A DNA stretch of 64,000 bases, taken from contig MU053156.1 of assembly GCA_013239625.1 (NCBI GenBank), positions 374,467-438,466 on the forward strand, read 5' to 3'. The stretch comes from Lama guanicoe (Eukaryota). A program made the translations under genes and the position numbers. Of the stretch, positions 1 to 13,809 are shown in pieces. Positions within the stretch are counted from its first letter, which is position 1; each line of letters starts with the position of its first letter. The notes beneath the pieces are model-generated. The model was not told where the DNA came from. It saw only the letters and a program-made list of their open reading frames with translations, and did not search any database.

Positions 1-1619
1 AGGAACCTCCATACTGTCGTCCATCGTGGCTGCACCAATCTACACTCCCACCTACAGTGTTGGAGGATTCCCTTTTCTCCACACCCTGTTCAGCATCTGT
101 CACTTGTAGACTTCTCAGTGATGGCCATCCTGGCTGGTGTAAGGCGATATCGCATTGTAGTTTTGATCTGCATTTCTCTGACAATGAGCGATGCTGAGCA
201 TTTTTTTTCATGTGTCCTGCTGGCCATTTGAATGTCTTCTGTGGAGAACTGTTTGTTTAGGTCTTCTGCCCATTTTTGGATTGGGTTGCTTGTTTCTTTG
301 ATATTAAGGTGGATGAGCTGTTTGTATGTTTTGGAAATTAGTCTCCTGTCAGTCACATCATTTGCAAAGATTTTCTCCCATTCCGTAGGTTGTCTTTGCG
401 TTTCGTGAACGGTATCTGTAGTTGTGCAAAAAAGCCTTTGAGTTCAGTTAGATCCCACTTGTTTATTTTTGGTTTTATTTCCAGTAGTCCAGGAGCTGGT
501 TCAAAAATACATTGCATTAATGTTATGTCCGCGAGTGTTGGGCCTGTGTTTTCCCCTAGGAGTTTTACAGTATCTGGTCTTCCATTGAGGTCTTTAATCC
601 ATTTGGGGTTTATTTTTGTACATGGTGTTGGAGAATGTTCTGATTTCAGTCTTTTACAGGTTGCTTCCCAGTTTTCCCAGCACCACTTATTGAAGAGACT
701 GTCTTTCCTCCATTGTGTATTCTTGCCTCCTTTGTCATGGGTTAATTGACTATACGTGCGTGGGTTTATGTCCGGACTTTCTGTCCTGTTCCATTGATCC
801 TGTGTGTCTGTTTCTGTACCAACGCCGTGCTGTTTTGATTGTAGCTCCGTAGTACTGTCTGAAGCCTGGGAGGGTTATTCCTCCAGCTTCGTTCTTTTTC
901 TTCAGGAATGCTTTGGTAATTCCAGGTCTTCTGTGATTCCGTATAAATTTTAGGATGGTTTGTTGTAGTTCGGTGAAAAAATGTCCTGGGTAATGTGATA
1001 GGGGTCGCATTAAATCTGTAGATCACTTTGGGCAGCGTGGGCATTTTGACATTATTAATTCTTGCAATGCAAGAACACGGGATGTCTTTCCATTTCTTTA
1101 AGTTCTCTTTAATTTCCTTAGTCAGGGTTTTGTAAGTCTTCACACAGCAGTCTTTCACTTCCTGGGCCAGATATATTCCTAAGGGTTTTAATTTATGGAT
1201 GCGGTTTTAAAAGGGATTATTACTTTTACTTTCGTGTAAAGAAATACCACAGATTTCTGTCAGTTGATACTGTCTTCTGCTGCCTGGCTGAATTGTTTGA
1301 TTAGCTCTCGTTTTTCTGTGGAGGCTTTAGGATTTCTTACCTGTAGTTTTAGCATGTCATCCGCATATGATGACAGTTTTACCTCTTCTCTTCCAATTTA
1401 GATCCCCTTTATTTCTTTTTGTCGTCTAATTGCTGTGGCTAGGACTTCCACTGCTTACTATGTGGAATTGAAGTGGTGAGAGAGGCCATCCTTGTCTTGT
1501 TCCAGATATTAGCGGAAAGGCTTTCGGCTTTTCACTGAAGAGTATCATGCTGGCTGTAGGTTTGTCATAAATAGCTTTTATTATGTTGAGATATGTTCCG
1601 TCTCTACCCACTTTGGGAA
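1..1619 (-). mobile_element. LINE-1 ORF2 fragment (RT to C-terminal region), frameshifted, runs off the left edge
   Basis: Minus-strand peptides match L1 ORF2p: [78 protein letters not shown]. Ends abruptly at ~1620 against GC-rich repeats. Confidence 0.95.
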
Positions 1620-1639
1620 GACGACGGGCTCAGTGTGGT

Positions 1640-2445
1640 CAGGGGGCTTGGGAGGAAGGTAGCAGAGGTAGCAGTGACGGTGGGGGGGGCTGCCCCTCGG
1701 GAGCCAGTCATTTGCTCCCATCTGCCCCGTGGCCTGACCAGGGGGTGGCCTCTGCCGCTCCAGGTTCACCGCACCCACGTCTTTAGGTCGGTGTGCTCCC
1801 AGGAGGCTGGCATGGTGCGGTCAGGGGGCAGGGGCAGCGGTGGCGGGAGTGGGGCTGCCCTGTGCAAGCCCTTGCGTGTACTCCCATTTCCCCAGGGCCT
1901 GGCTTGGGGGCGGCCTCTGCCGCCCCAGGTTTGCAGGGCTGACACGTGTAGGTCAGCCTCCTCCCTGGAAGCCTGCGTGGTTCGGTCAGGGAGCGGGGAA
2001 GACTGCTGAGGCGGCGGGAGAAGGGGGCTGCCCTGTGCCAGCCTGTGGGTTTGCTCCCGTCTCCCCCGCGGCCTGGCCCGGGGGCGGCCTCTGCTGCCCC
2101 AGGTTCGCTGGAGGCTTGTCCTCAGTCAGCCTGCTCCTGAGAGGCGGGCAGCGGCGCAGTGAGTGTGCTGGATAGAGGCAGCGACAACGGGAAATGGGAG
2201 GAAATCCCTGCTCTAGCAGGGGCAGCCCCAGGCCTGCCCACTCGCCACCGCAGCCGTGGCCCGGCCCGCGGATCGCACCCCGTCGATTGCACCCCGCCTG
2301 CCTGTCAGGAGCAGACTGACAGGGAGAAGCGCTTTCCAGGAAGCCGGGGCAGCAAGGCTGCCCCCAGGCCAGGCCATAGGATAGATGGGAGCAAGGCTCT
2401 CCCAGGGCAGCCCCCCTCCCCCACGGCCTCTGTGGCTGCCTGCTG
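1640..2445. repeat. GC-rich ~170-bp diverged repeat: three direct units followed by about 1.5 inverted units
   Basis: Core ggggctgccc...ctccc...ggcctg...ggggcggcctctg..gccccagg recurs at ~1686, ~1851 and ~2024. 2344-2415 is its reverse complement. Confidence 0.75.
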
Positions 2446-2699
2446 TCCATCCCGGGGCTCGGCTGCACCCTCCCCTCTGGCAGCGCCATCGACCATCCAA
2501 GGCCCACTGGCTGGCGAGTGAGCGAGCAGTGTGCAGCCTGGGACCACCCTGACCCGTCGCCTCAGACGGAGGCCCTGGGCACAGCGGGGCAGGGCACCCA
2601 GGCGGGAAGTGGAACTGCCTCCAGCCCTGCCCGCCTGCACTCTGTCCGGGATCCCTGTCTGGTGGCTGTCACCACGGTGATGGGAGTGTGGAGCGCCCC

Positions 2700-2940
2700 A
2701 TCCCCGCGGGGTGAGGGGTGAGGGGTGAGGGGTGAGGGAGGGTTCAGCTGAGGTAGCCAGTGCACTCTGGGTATGGGGGGTTCGCACAGTGAAGGGGGAC
2801 AGGCTGAGGGGTGAGGGGGCCAGCCTTGGTGAGGGCCCCTTGGAGTTGAAGTACCAGGTGAGGGGTGGGGGGTAATCCCGGGATGAGGGGGGAGGGGTCT
2901 ATCTCTGGATGGTGGGGGAACGTGGGGTGAGGCATGAGGG
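2700..2940. repeat. G-rich low-complexity tract with (GGGGTGA)n heptamers
   Basis: ggggtgaggggtgaggggtgaggggtgaggg at ~2708-2738, with scattered copies downstream. Confidence 0.6.
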
Positions 2941-3373
2941 GTCAGCTTGGTTTTGTGGGGGCTGTAGCTTAGGACCTAGTGGGGCCTGGGGACAGGTACT
3001 TAAATGTGAGGAGAAGGAGCCTTGTCTTGGGGGTCAGGTAGGGGACCGGGCATGGCCTGGCGGGAAGGTTAGTGTGGGGGGTGGGAGGGAGAGGAGGCAG
3101 TGACTGGGCGGCGGGCGGCGAGCAGGGGGAGTGGGGCTGGGGTGTGTGGCCTGCACCTGGTCGGTGGCGGGGTGGGGACCCGGCCGGCCCAAGCCTTGGG
3201 GACGTTAAGCCCCTGTGCGCACTCAGCCCTCCTGACTGGAAAGGGTACCTCTTTGCAGCTGGGTGAGGTTGGAAGTCTGGGCTCCTCTGTTTAACCTGGC
3301 TTGACAGGGGTGTGTGAACATGAGACACCGTTTTTTGTTTTCAGTTTGGTTTTCTCTATTGTTTGGTTGGGGA

Positions 3374-3554
3374 GTGCAAAAGTGCTAACATCCTTAAAGG
3401 TCAGAGCCTTGGGAATAGGCTCTCCTGTGTATTTCAGGTTAAAGGCAACACTGTTTTACAAAAGGTGCAGAGCTGGCAAGAAAGCAGGGCACCAGGGGTT
3501 TAGGGTCAGAGGAACAGGTCTAATCTGGAGTTAGATTTTTTCTTTTCTATTACA
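3374..3554 (-). mobile_element. Truncated ERV LTR, same family as the solo LTR at 49641-50159
   Basis: Reverse complement starts TGTAATAGAAAAGAA and aligns with the first ~190 bp of the 49641 LTR (ctctgcaccttttgtaaa..gttgccttta.cctgaaata, ggctctgacctttaagg). Confidence 0.85.
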
Positions 3555-4882
3555 ATCACATGTGCCCTTGAAGGTATGATGGTGATGCGGTCCTCAGTCC
3601 GTGAAGAGGTATAAGGTATTTGATGTGTTGATTCTCAGCTGATCTGTGGGGGATTTAACAGTGTACTTAAGATGAGTGACAGTGTGCGAAGACCTGCTGG
3701 GGTTTACGGGTGGATGATGTCGTAAGGGTTCAGAGGAGTTGTGGCCCCTGCCGTCACGGTGACCGTGAACTCTTCCTCACCTGCATCACTGTCCTCGTCA
3801 CTGCTGTCAGCATTTATTACTTAGATGACTCTTTGTCAGGCACTGGACCAGATCCTTTGCACGCCTGGCCACAATTCATCCACTCAAAAATCCTATGAGA
3901 TAGTTATTAGCATCTCCTTGTTTTTTATCAGTTAGAAAAATTAAGACTTAGAGAAGTTAGTTTATTTCAGGTCACACAGCCAATAAATGATAAAGCTGAA
4001 ACCCAGGCTTTCTCCCCGTGAGTCATGTGTAACTGTCACAGCGACTGTCTCCTGTGGAAGAGACACGGCTTCAGTCTGGCTTGGGAGGAAGGTCAGGTCT
4101 TAATATGCAAAGTCTGTCCAACGTGGTGGTCATCATTAACTTCAGAAATAGCTTCCCGAATGCCAGCGTGGGATGGATTTTTCCACATCATTCAATAAAT
4201 AGAATATATGAAAGGCAAGTACCTTTATGGGGAAATTTGCCTTAGTGCAGAATCAGGTTAAGGATTATTGCAAGAGCCTAAATTTTCAGAATGTCTTACG
4301 CTGACTGTTATTTCTGGGGGAGTTTGGTGATGAGGTTGAGGTAGCAAAGAACAAGAGAACATTGCAGGACTTTTCTATTTTTTGGACCAAAGAGAGATTG
4401 GGGGATTTCGTGTGTGATTTGTTGAGACATTTTTCTTTCCTTTTTTTTTTTTTTTTTTTGATTACTGATTACACTTGCCGAATTCTTCCATAAAGGAAGA
4501 ACAACCAGAGGTCTTCTCTTGTGTCTTAAGGCAGTGTGTCGGTTTTGTTTAAAATTTGGGAGTTGAGCAGATTTCCCCTGTGGTCAAAAACTGATGAGTC
4601 AGCTAGCATCTCCATACCGATATTTCCCTCTTCAACCTCCCCCAAAATCCCAGACAGGAAACTTGGCCCAAGCCACTGGTGTGCGTGCCCATTCCCAGTG
4701 CTCCCAGACCTCTCTCAGTTAGAACCTGCTGCTGCCACACAGGTCCACAGATGTTTGAAGCCCTGCCCTCACTGTTCCGGGCTCCTGCCTGCCTCCCTGA
4801 TAAGGTAAATGGAAGTTGCATGCATGGGGGAGGGGCGCTGGCTGCTTTCCTTGAGCTGAGACACTGGTGTCCTGAGTCTTCT

Positions 4883-6047
4883 CTTTTTTTTTTTGATTGA
4901 GTTATAGTCAGTTTACAATGTTGGGTCAATTTGCAGTGCAGAGCACAATTTTCAGTCATACATGAACATACATGTGTTCATTGTCACATACTTTTTCACT
5001 GTGAGCTACCCCAAGGTCTTGTGTATATTTCCCTGTGCTATACAGTATAATCTTGTTTATCTATTCTACATATGCCTGCCAGTGTCTACAAATTTCAAAC
5101 TCCCAGTCTGTCCCTTCCCACCCACCTGCCCCCGGCAACCACAAGTTTGTATTCTATGTCTGTGAGTCTGTTTCTGTTTTGTAATGTATTTATGTCCTTT
5201 TTTTTTTTTTAAGATTCCACATATGAGTGATCTCACATGGCATTTTTTTTCTCTTTCTGGTTTACTTCACTTAGAATGACGTTCTCCAGAAACATTCATG
5301 TTGCTGCAAATGGCGTTACGTTGTTGGTTTTTATGGCTGACTAGTATTCCATTGTATAAATATACCACTTCTTCTTTATCCAGTCATCTGTTGATGGACA
5401 TTTAGGCTGTTTCCATGCTTGGCTACTGTAAATAGTGCTGCTGTGAACATTGGGGTGCAGGTGTCTTGTTTGAAGTAGGGTTCCTTCTGGATATATGCCC
5501 AGGAGCGGGATTCCTGGGTCATACTGTAAGTCTATTCCTCGTCTTTTGAGGAATCTCCATACTGTTTTCCACAGTGGCTGCACCAGACTGCATTCCCACC
5601 AGCAGTGTAGGAGGGTTCCCTTTTCTCCACAGCCTCTCCAGCATTTGTCATTTGTGGACTTTTGAATGATGGCCATTCTGACTGGTGTGAGGTGATACTT
5701 CACTGTAGTTTTGATTTGCATTTCTCTGACAATTAGTGATATTGAGCATTTTTTCATGTGCCTATTGATCATTCGTATGTCTTCATCGGATAATTGCTTG
5801 TTTAGGTCTTCTGCCCATTTTTGGATTGGGTTGTTTGTTTTTTTCTTACTAAGTCGTATGAGCTGCTTATATATTCTGGAGATCAAGCCTTTGTCAATTT
5901 CATCTTTGGCAAAAATTTTCTCCCATTCCGTAGGTGGTGAATTTGTTTTGCTAATGGTGTCCTTTCCTGTGCAAAAGCATGTAAGTTTAATTAGGTCCCA
6001 TTTGCTTATTCTTGCTTTTCTTTCTATTGCTTGGGTAGACTGTCCTA
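4883..6047 (-). mobile_element. 5'-truncated LINE-1 (ORF2 C-terminus, 3' UTR, polyA) with 17-bp TSD
   Basis: ORF 5341-5886 is the ORF2p C-terminus ([30 protein letters not shown]). T-tract at ~4884-4893. TSD ggtgtcctgagt(c/a)ttct at 4866-4882 and 6048-6064. Confidence 0.95.
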
Positions 6048-7002
6048 GGTGTCCTGAGTATTCTGATGGAAACTCCCCAGGTAGGGCTATTCAAGGAGGA
6101 AGGACAAGCCTGGGCAGCCGAGAACCTGAAATTGGAGAGACTGAGCCATATTAACACTAGGGGAAGGGTGCCTGTTTTTCCCATGGATTGCCAGTAATCA
6201 CAAAAATGCTTGATTCCTCCTAGATTGCATTCAGTTGTGCTGCATTTAAGCATCATACGTTTATCCTTTTCCTTGACGTTCGGAGGGTATGGTTAGTATG
6301 GTGATAGAGCACAGTGGTGAGTGCTGAGGCAGCCTGCCAGGTGTGTGGGATTTGAAATAAATCCTAAAGCTGAAGATGTGGGATTTCTTTTTCCTGCTCT
6401 ACTTTCAAAGCCATAGGAATTCAAATAGTTTAATAAGATTATAAGTTACTCCTGTGAACTTAGTACATCACTTGGCAAGAGGTCTTTGCCAGAGTGGGCT
6501 GAGTCTTAGCCAACAGATAAGTGAAAATCCAGAATGTTGGCACATAAAGGTAAGGCTCCTTTGCAGCGTGGACAGACCCACGCAAGGTGTGAAGACGAGG
6601 ACAGCTTGCTCCAGGAGAAGCCCAGCCTCGGGCCGAAGTGCACTCCTGAGGGAGGCTGCTGCATGGGCTCTTCTTACTTTGTTCTGGGACTAGTGCCGGG
6701 CTGAGTTCTGATGGGGCGCATGCCGTGGGCTTGCCCCAGGGGATCGAAGCCCAGCCCAGCCCCTGTGCCGTCCTGGAAATGGGGGGGGGGCACAAAGCAG
6801 CATGTGAGCATCACACAGAGCAGGTTAGAAGAGACTCTGAAGGAACGAGCAGGGGAATCTCTGGGCGGTGAGATGGCTGGCCGCTTTTGTTTCTTCTGTG
6901 ATTTTCTGTGTTTGCCCAATATTTCTATAATAGACATGACCTGAATTTATAACTATATTTTCAAAATATTCAAAAAGAGATCCATTCGAAGAAAACGAGA
7001 TG

Positions 7003-7230
7003 AGGGGAGGGATAAATTAAGAGTCTGAGAGTAACAGATACACACTATATATATAAAATAGGTAAACAATGAGGTCCTGCTGTAGAGCACAGGGAACTAT
7101 GTTCAGTACTTGCAGTGGCCTATAGTGGAAAAGAATCTGAAAAAGTCTAGACATGTATGTACGGCTGAATCACCCCGCTGCACACCTGAAACAGCATTGT
7201 AAATCAACTAGGCTTCAATTTAAAAAAAAA
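7003..7230 (+). mobile_element. LINE-1 3' UTR fragment with polyA
   Basis: gggagggataaatt...agcacagggaactat...tgcacacctgaaac...ttgtaaatcaacta..caatttaaaaaaaaa, typical of a cetartiodactyl L1 3' end. Confidence 0.8.
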
Positions 7231-7529
7231 GAAAATGAGGTAAACTTGTGTAAAATGAACCTAAAACAGGGAAGGAAAAGAGGGAGGGAGAAAGAAAAAG
7301 AACTCTTGTAGAAGTATTTGGGATGCTGAATCACCGTCCTGGTTTCTCATCTTGTTTTCTCATTCTGAAAACCACACATTTGTTTATTATCCAGTGCTAA
7401 AAAGAAGGGAGAAGAAAACATTTATGAGGCGTTGACTTAACTGAAAATAAGTAAAGACTGAAAATAAGGCCTCCTTTCTGCACTCAGGGTGGCTTAGCGA
7501 GGGAGTGCGACACACATACGCATGTGTGT

Positions 7530-8600
7530 GGTCATTAAGCGTCAAACTTTTATGTTTGTCCATGTGCCAGGCACTGTGCTCGGTTCTGTGATTCACAGAG
7601 AAGTACATAGAGGTTGTTGCCCTGAAAGGGCTGACCATGCAGTAGAAAGAAAAAAAAGTTAAACTGGTGATTACAGTATAGTCAGCAAGTGTCACAGTAA
7701 GGGCAGGACCAGGGCGGCCTGGCAGCACAGAGCAGCACTGAGCCCTGACCTGGGAGGAGTAGGGGTGGTTCATAGGAAGAAGTGATGCCCAAGCTGCATT
7801 TTGAAGGATAAGGAACATCTAGCCCGGGCGAGGGGGTGGCGGGGAGCAGTAGCATGTCAGGCTCCAAGGATATACAAAGGAAGGAGGCAGGAGAGTGCTG
7901 TGGCTTATGGGAACTGCAAGTCACCCCGTATGGCACAGCCATATCTGGGATGGGCAGCCCAGAGTGATGAGTTAGAGCGGCCAGGTCGTGAGGGGTCACG
8001 TGCTGTGCTAAAGCCTTTGAGTTCCACCCCAAGTAATAGGAGGACTTTAAAGAAGGAGCATGGCATAGACAGATGAGCATTACAGAAAGATTCTTTTAGC
8101 AATATTGTGCCCCAGTGAGGCAGACTAATTAGGAGAGGAGACTAAGGCAGTAATCTGTGCAAGAAATGAAGTCTCGAATAAGATAGTAACAGGGGAAATG
8201 ACGAGAATCAAAGAATACTAAGGATATTGATTCAAAAGAATTTGATTGATGGGCTGTGGGACGGGGGTTAAGGGGAGTTGAGACGGCCCCTCGATTTCTG
8301 GCTTGGACAGCTAGATGAATGATGGTAGTATTCTCTGAGGGGGGAGGAATGTGGAGATACTAGTCGGAGCATGTAGAGTTTATCATGCCCATTGGACACT
8401 ATATAAAAAACCTGAAAGCAAACTCTAGACTTGGAGCTCAAGAAAGAGATGTAGGCTCAAGAGTTATTTGGGGCCCATCACAAGCAGGTTGCAGCTGAAC
8501 TTTTTGGCAATGAGATTACGCAGAGGGAGCGAGAAGAAAAGAATGCAGAAGACCATGAGGAACGTGAATTTTAAGAGGCAGCCGAAGTAGAGGGAGCCCG
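7530..8600. mobile_element. Old LINE-2-like remnants
   Basis: atgtgccaggcactgtgct followed by purine-rich degenerate L2-like sequence. Boundaries approximate. Confidence 0.5.
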
Positions 8601-9639
8601 CCAAAGAGCACAAGCTGGGTTCGGGGCGCTGGGGCAAAGCCAGGTGTATATGGGATCTCGGGTAAGGCTCACTGTCCAGTCAGCCATCCATGGAAGAAAG
8701 GGCAAAGAGCTCATGATGAGTGGCAGAAGTGCCCACGCCAGCTGAGTTTGCCTCTAAGTAAAATCTCCCTGGGCATATGTCTGCTGACACTTCATTTCCA
8801 GAACGTCTGGGAATACAAGTTGCTTTCTGTTTGTTTAACTGGACATATTGCCTCCTCAAACAAAATCAGGGTTCTGTTGGTAAAGACCATGAGGAAAGCG
8901 ATTTGGGGAAGGCAGAGGACATTGTTGGCCGTGCAGGGGGAGCCAAGGGAAGCAGGACTCCCTGTGGAGGAGGACTGGTCACTCACCAGTTCAACAAAGA
9001 TTTCAGAGCCCTCTGTGTGTAGGCTACTCCCAGGCTGATGCTTCAAAGAAGTCCAGAAAGGCAGTGAATGACACTGTGTAGGTAAAGCAACCAGGGGTCC
9101 ACTTGTGAACTTGGGGTGCTTGTAGGAGAGGCTGATTGCTGTGCATCCAGAAGTGAAGGGGGGAGGACGTGAAGGCAGGGAGTGTACACTAGTCTGGAGG
9201 ATTTGAATTTGAGTGTAAAGGGAGTGAGACAAGGTTGCAGCCAGAGGAGAGCAGCCAGGATGAAGTGGTGTCAGAAGGAAGGGTGTCAGGAAAGAAACGA
9301 ACATGCTCATGTTCCCAAGGTAGAGTCAGATGAAAGAGTCTGATGATCCAGGTCAAGCGATAACCAATGGAGAGAGGACTCCAGGCGGGTGTGTGTTGGA
9401 GAAACACAGCATAGTTTAGCTGTGCATTAGAGAGGAGGAGAGACCCCCAGACCAGAGAGAAGGGTGGGAATCAGTACTCAGTTCACAGTGGGAAAGGCAG
9501 CAAATGAAGGGCCTGTCCATCCCTCCGGGAAGCAGGAGGCAAGATGCAGAGATTGTCAGGTAGGAGACTTGAGGAGATAAGTGAAATCTTAAAACAGGCA
9601 GTGTCTGGAGAGTAGTCAGGAGCCCTTCTTTGGAACTGG

Positions 9640-9830
9640 GCAGCCTTATGCTCACATCCTGGTCCTGCCCCTTAACTGACCATCTGAACTTGGACGAGTT
9701 ATTTAACCTCTCTGTGTCTCATCTGTGAAATGAGGGTAATAACAGAAGCCTGTTACTTGGAGTTGTTGGGAAAACTAAATGAGTTGGTTAATGTAGTACT
9801 TACTACTGTGCCTGGCACAACAAAAATGCT
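9640..9830 (+). mobile_element. MIR SINE remnant
   Basis: agttatttaacctctctgtgtctc-atctgtgaaatgagggtaataa ... gtgcctggcaca core. Confidence 0.7.
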
Positions 9831-10334
9831 CTATGTGTATTAATACAATAATTTTATTGGCAGGACTAAGAGCAAATGCAGTCTGGGGTCATGTAAACTC
9901 CAAGATGTAAGTGGTTGATGGAGAGTCTGAGCTTGGCCAAGGAAGCACTGTGTTCTCTAGGACAGAAGGAATCAAGGAAATCCTCAGAGAGGAGAGACAC
10001 GTGGTTGATACATGGGGTCATGGAGAGTCCATCTCAGGTAGAACAAACACTGGGCAGAGGCAAGAGGCTGTGGAAGAGCGCGCTCTCTGTAGACCTGAGA
10101 GGGAGCCGGTGAGGCTCTGGGAGCGGTGTGTGTGTGGGAAGGCTCCTCCCGCCTCCAGTGAGGGAGGAATGAGCAGGCGGTGCAGGGCGGTGAGCCCTAG
10201 ACTTTGCAGGGCCTTGAGTGCTGAAATTCTGCACTGTGGCCGCAAGAAGTTTGGAAGCAGAGCTGTGACAGGCTCGGCTCTGCCTTTTGTGCTCCTGCTG
10301 GTGAGAGTAGCTGATGAGGATAATGGTAGTAATA

Positions 10335-10560
10335 AGAACAATGGTAATGATGCTACATTTATGGAGTGTGTGCTACGTGCCCAGCTCCCTGCAAGGTGCT
10401 ACGTTTTGGTCACTGCTCACAACTGCCCTGTGAGAGAGGTCCTGTCACTTCCCCATTTCTCAGATGAGGAGGCCGAGGCACACAGAGCGAGTCAGTGGAG
10501 GACACACAGCTGGTGAAGCTGGGCAGTCTGACTCCATCCCCTGCTCCCGTGACCACCACG
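10335..10560 (-). mobile_element. MIR SINE remnant
   Basis: ccccattttctcagatgaggaggccgaggcacacagag (reverse MIR core). Confidence 0.7.
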
Positions 10561-12769
10561 TTGTCACCACCTCTCCCGTGAGGGTGTGGCTCAGAGGAGA
10601 GGACGACAGGTGGAGGAGGGGGTGATGACCTCAGCTAGAGCCCGGGCAGCTTATTGACAGTAGCTCTTCTTAGTCAAGGAGAGCGTGGCTCCCCTGCAAG
10701 GGGCTCAGGGGAATGGGGGATGTGTTATGGAGACGCCCGGCTCTCCCAGAGCCCAGCTGATAGCGGGGCCTGTGGCTGGATTCACGGGGCTGCGTGCTGC
10801 CAGGCAGTTGTGCTGTTTCTGTCTGGGAACACAGGGCTTTGCCTGTATGTCATCCCCCAATCTGACTAAATGGCCAGGCTCTTAGTTTCACTCCCCTGTG
10901 ACTTTGGCTGGTCCTGGCTCTACCTGGCTGAGAAGTCTGAGGCCCACCCCACTTGACCATTCAGTCCCTGGGTTGTAGGAACGTTCTCAATGTGGATGAT
11001 CCAGGGGTTCAGCCCAGCCCGGGTGGGCCACTCAGTTCACTCTGAGGCTGGGATGGAGGTGGGGAGGGGTACCACAGGCAGGGAGGCAGCTGCTCTCAGA
11101 GCTCCTGTGATCTTCAGTCAGTGGAGCTGGTCACCCTCCTGCAGGCCCTGCCAGCGCCCGGGTTCTGACTGTGTTTTCGTTGTCAGCATCGTGTGGGCTC
11201 CATCCTCTCAGTCTCCAGCTCTACCCTGGCCTTCAAGGTTCCCATCACCATGACCATTGCAGCAGCTGCTGCATTCACTCTATATCTGGTCTTCCCTTCC
11301 CATTTCATCTTGTCTCCTCTTAAGTCTTACTCTTTTTAAAAAAAACTTACTGGCTTCCTACTGCCAAGCCTTCAACAGGTGTTCTCTAATTCGTCTTACT
11401 GCGGTCGGCTCACAAGGCCATCCAGCCTGGGACTGATCACTGCCTCGATTCCCCACCATCAGGCCAGGGTAACCCTCCTCTGTCACCACCTTCCAGGATG
11501 CACGCAGTGCAGGCACTTCCGTCTACGCTTCTGCTCCTTCCCCCACACCTGGCGGCTCGCCTGGCCCTGAGGACGGCTGACTCCAGACCCTGTCGGCCCC
11601 TCTCCTCCAGACAACTCCGTTAGTCTTGGTTCTCCAGTTAGACTGTTGGACTGTTGGAAGCACCCCTCTGTCAGGATGTCTCCAACCTGTATGCAACCAA
11701 ACACATAACACAATTTGGGAAATTTAATATTCAGTGATTAATGGCTGATTTATGATCCTTTGGCTTTGGATTTTTTTTTTCTTTCAAACTTTTAATTGCA
11801 CTTTTTAAAGAACATTCCATAGAAGCCCTCGGACTGTGATGTTTGAATATGTGTTAGAGGCAAAGCCAAGTGAGAGGTTTCAGTCCTGATCCCGTTAAAG
11901 ACGTACCCATTCTCTCTCTGCTTTTGTTTTGGCCTCTTTTTTAAGCACCATCTTACTTCCTGTTGTTTCCCCCCGAAGTACCTTCCATGGAGAAGTGCTG
12001 GAGTCAGTGATGGGGTAAATCACCCTTCTGGGTGAGGAGTGTGTCACAAGTGGTCATCTCACTCCTGTTTGCCCTCTAGCTACACGTTTATATTGGTGCC
12101 TATTTTGAAGTGACTTTTATTACTTGCTGACGATTAAGGTTATTAGCCTAGAGCCCTAGAAAATCTTTGGTTGGACAAAAATGTTTTTCCTGCTCAGTTT
12201 CTTTCTACTCTTCCAAGTGTTTGCCACCCCCTCCAGCGGTGTGTTTCTTTCAGGGTCCTGCCTACCCACCTGTCCGTTCTTTCAGACTTCCCTGCAGACA
12301 CAGCGCCCCCAAACACAGCGAAGAGGAAGGCCTTTGGGTGAACTAGCAGCTGTCCCTTGTTTTCGGGGCGTATAGGAGATCTGTGTTGCTTTGGTTTTCT
12401 CCAAAGAAGTTGAAATAGACCCAGAAAAGCTTTGCCAACTGCTGTAGGAGCAAAACCAAATCAACTTTGGTTTTTCCTTCTCAGTACAAATATTTTTCTA
12501 CCAGTCGTGACTGGCTTTCATTCATAGACAGTTTACACAATTATTATTGTAATAATTCAGTAATTCCTCAGACAGGTACTCTTGGGGGAAAAAGAGGAAA
12601 ACTGCTTAGAAATAAGATGTGGTAGAAGACATAATGTGGTACATAAAAATGAGAAATTTTACCATGCACAGCTCTGTGCCCCCCACAGTAGACCAAAGGG
12701 AAATGGCTGGATGGTGGGATGGCATCATTTTGTTTCTTTAATGGAAGTATATGGACTCAGTGTTTTAGA

Positions 12770-13800
12770 AATGGAAAGATAATTATCAGGGAAACATATG
12801 TGGGATAACAACTTAATTATTAGAAAAAATAGAATTTTAAACTTTATCAATCCAGCAAAGAAGAAATGAATAAAAATAAATGCAGTGACAATTAGTGTAA
12901 TTAAGAGAAAACAGATATGATGAAAGTAAACCAAATATAGTCTGATCACAACAGAAGTGAATTTATTGAGATCACTTTTCAAATGACAGACTTAGATTGG
13001 TTAAAAACCAAAAATCCAATTTTAAGTTATTTGTTGGGAACACAGCTAAAACCAAATGAAAACAACTAAAAACATTGAAGGTGAAGAAATGGACAAGGAC
13101 ATGCCAAGCATGAGCAAATAAAAGGAAAGCAGAAGTGGGGATATTAACATTAGCTTAAATGGAACCCGAGACCAAAATTATTAAATAAGAAAAAAGATAC
13201 AAGAGTACAATTCACAAGGACACTATTACACACATATCCTTTGTACACTGGCCACCATAGCTATGGAAATTTTAAGGCAAAAAATAAAAAGAACTACAGG
13301 AAAATATGATTAATCTATAACCATATTAGGGGATTTTTTTCATAATTTGACAAAGTAAACAATGATATACGGTGGTAATAATATAATGCTTTTCTACTCT
13401 GTAAACAGAAAATGCACATTTTCCCTTGTGTCTACAGAACGTTTATTAAAAAGTTATTTCTGTAGCCATAGGCAAAAACTTGATACATTTGGGAGTGGAG
13501 GAAAGATATTTTACTCATCCCATATTTTGATCCTAGTGTGATAAAGTAAGAATGTGCAATGAATAAAACATTAATAATTAAAATATAAATACTTAAACTT
13601 AAGAAACCCTCTTTTAGATGATTCCTGGGTCAAATTGAAAATCAAATCCAAAATGACATTATTTGGAAATTAACAATACTTACATCTAAATTTATGGGGA
13701 AATAATATATTCAGAAATACTTTATAGCCTGTTACTTCAATACTATATTTTAAAATAATGAAAATAAACTAAGTATTGCATCTAAGAAAAAATAAAATTT
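12770..13800 (+). mobile_element. Ancient L1M-type ORF2 5' (endonuclease) remnant
   Basis: Very A-rich with degenerate L1 motifs (gacagacttagattggttaaaa, aatggacaaggacatgccaagca, aatctataaccatattaggggatttt). No ORF left. Confidence 0.6.
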
Positions 13801-13809
13801 CTATCAGCA

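Noticed and set aside
1581..3328. Many overlapping ORFs on both strands
   Set aside because: GC-rich repeat with few stop codons and no domain similarity.
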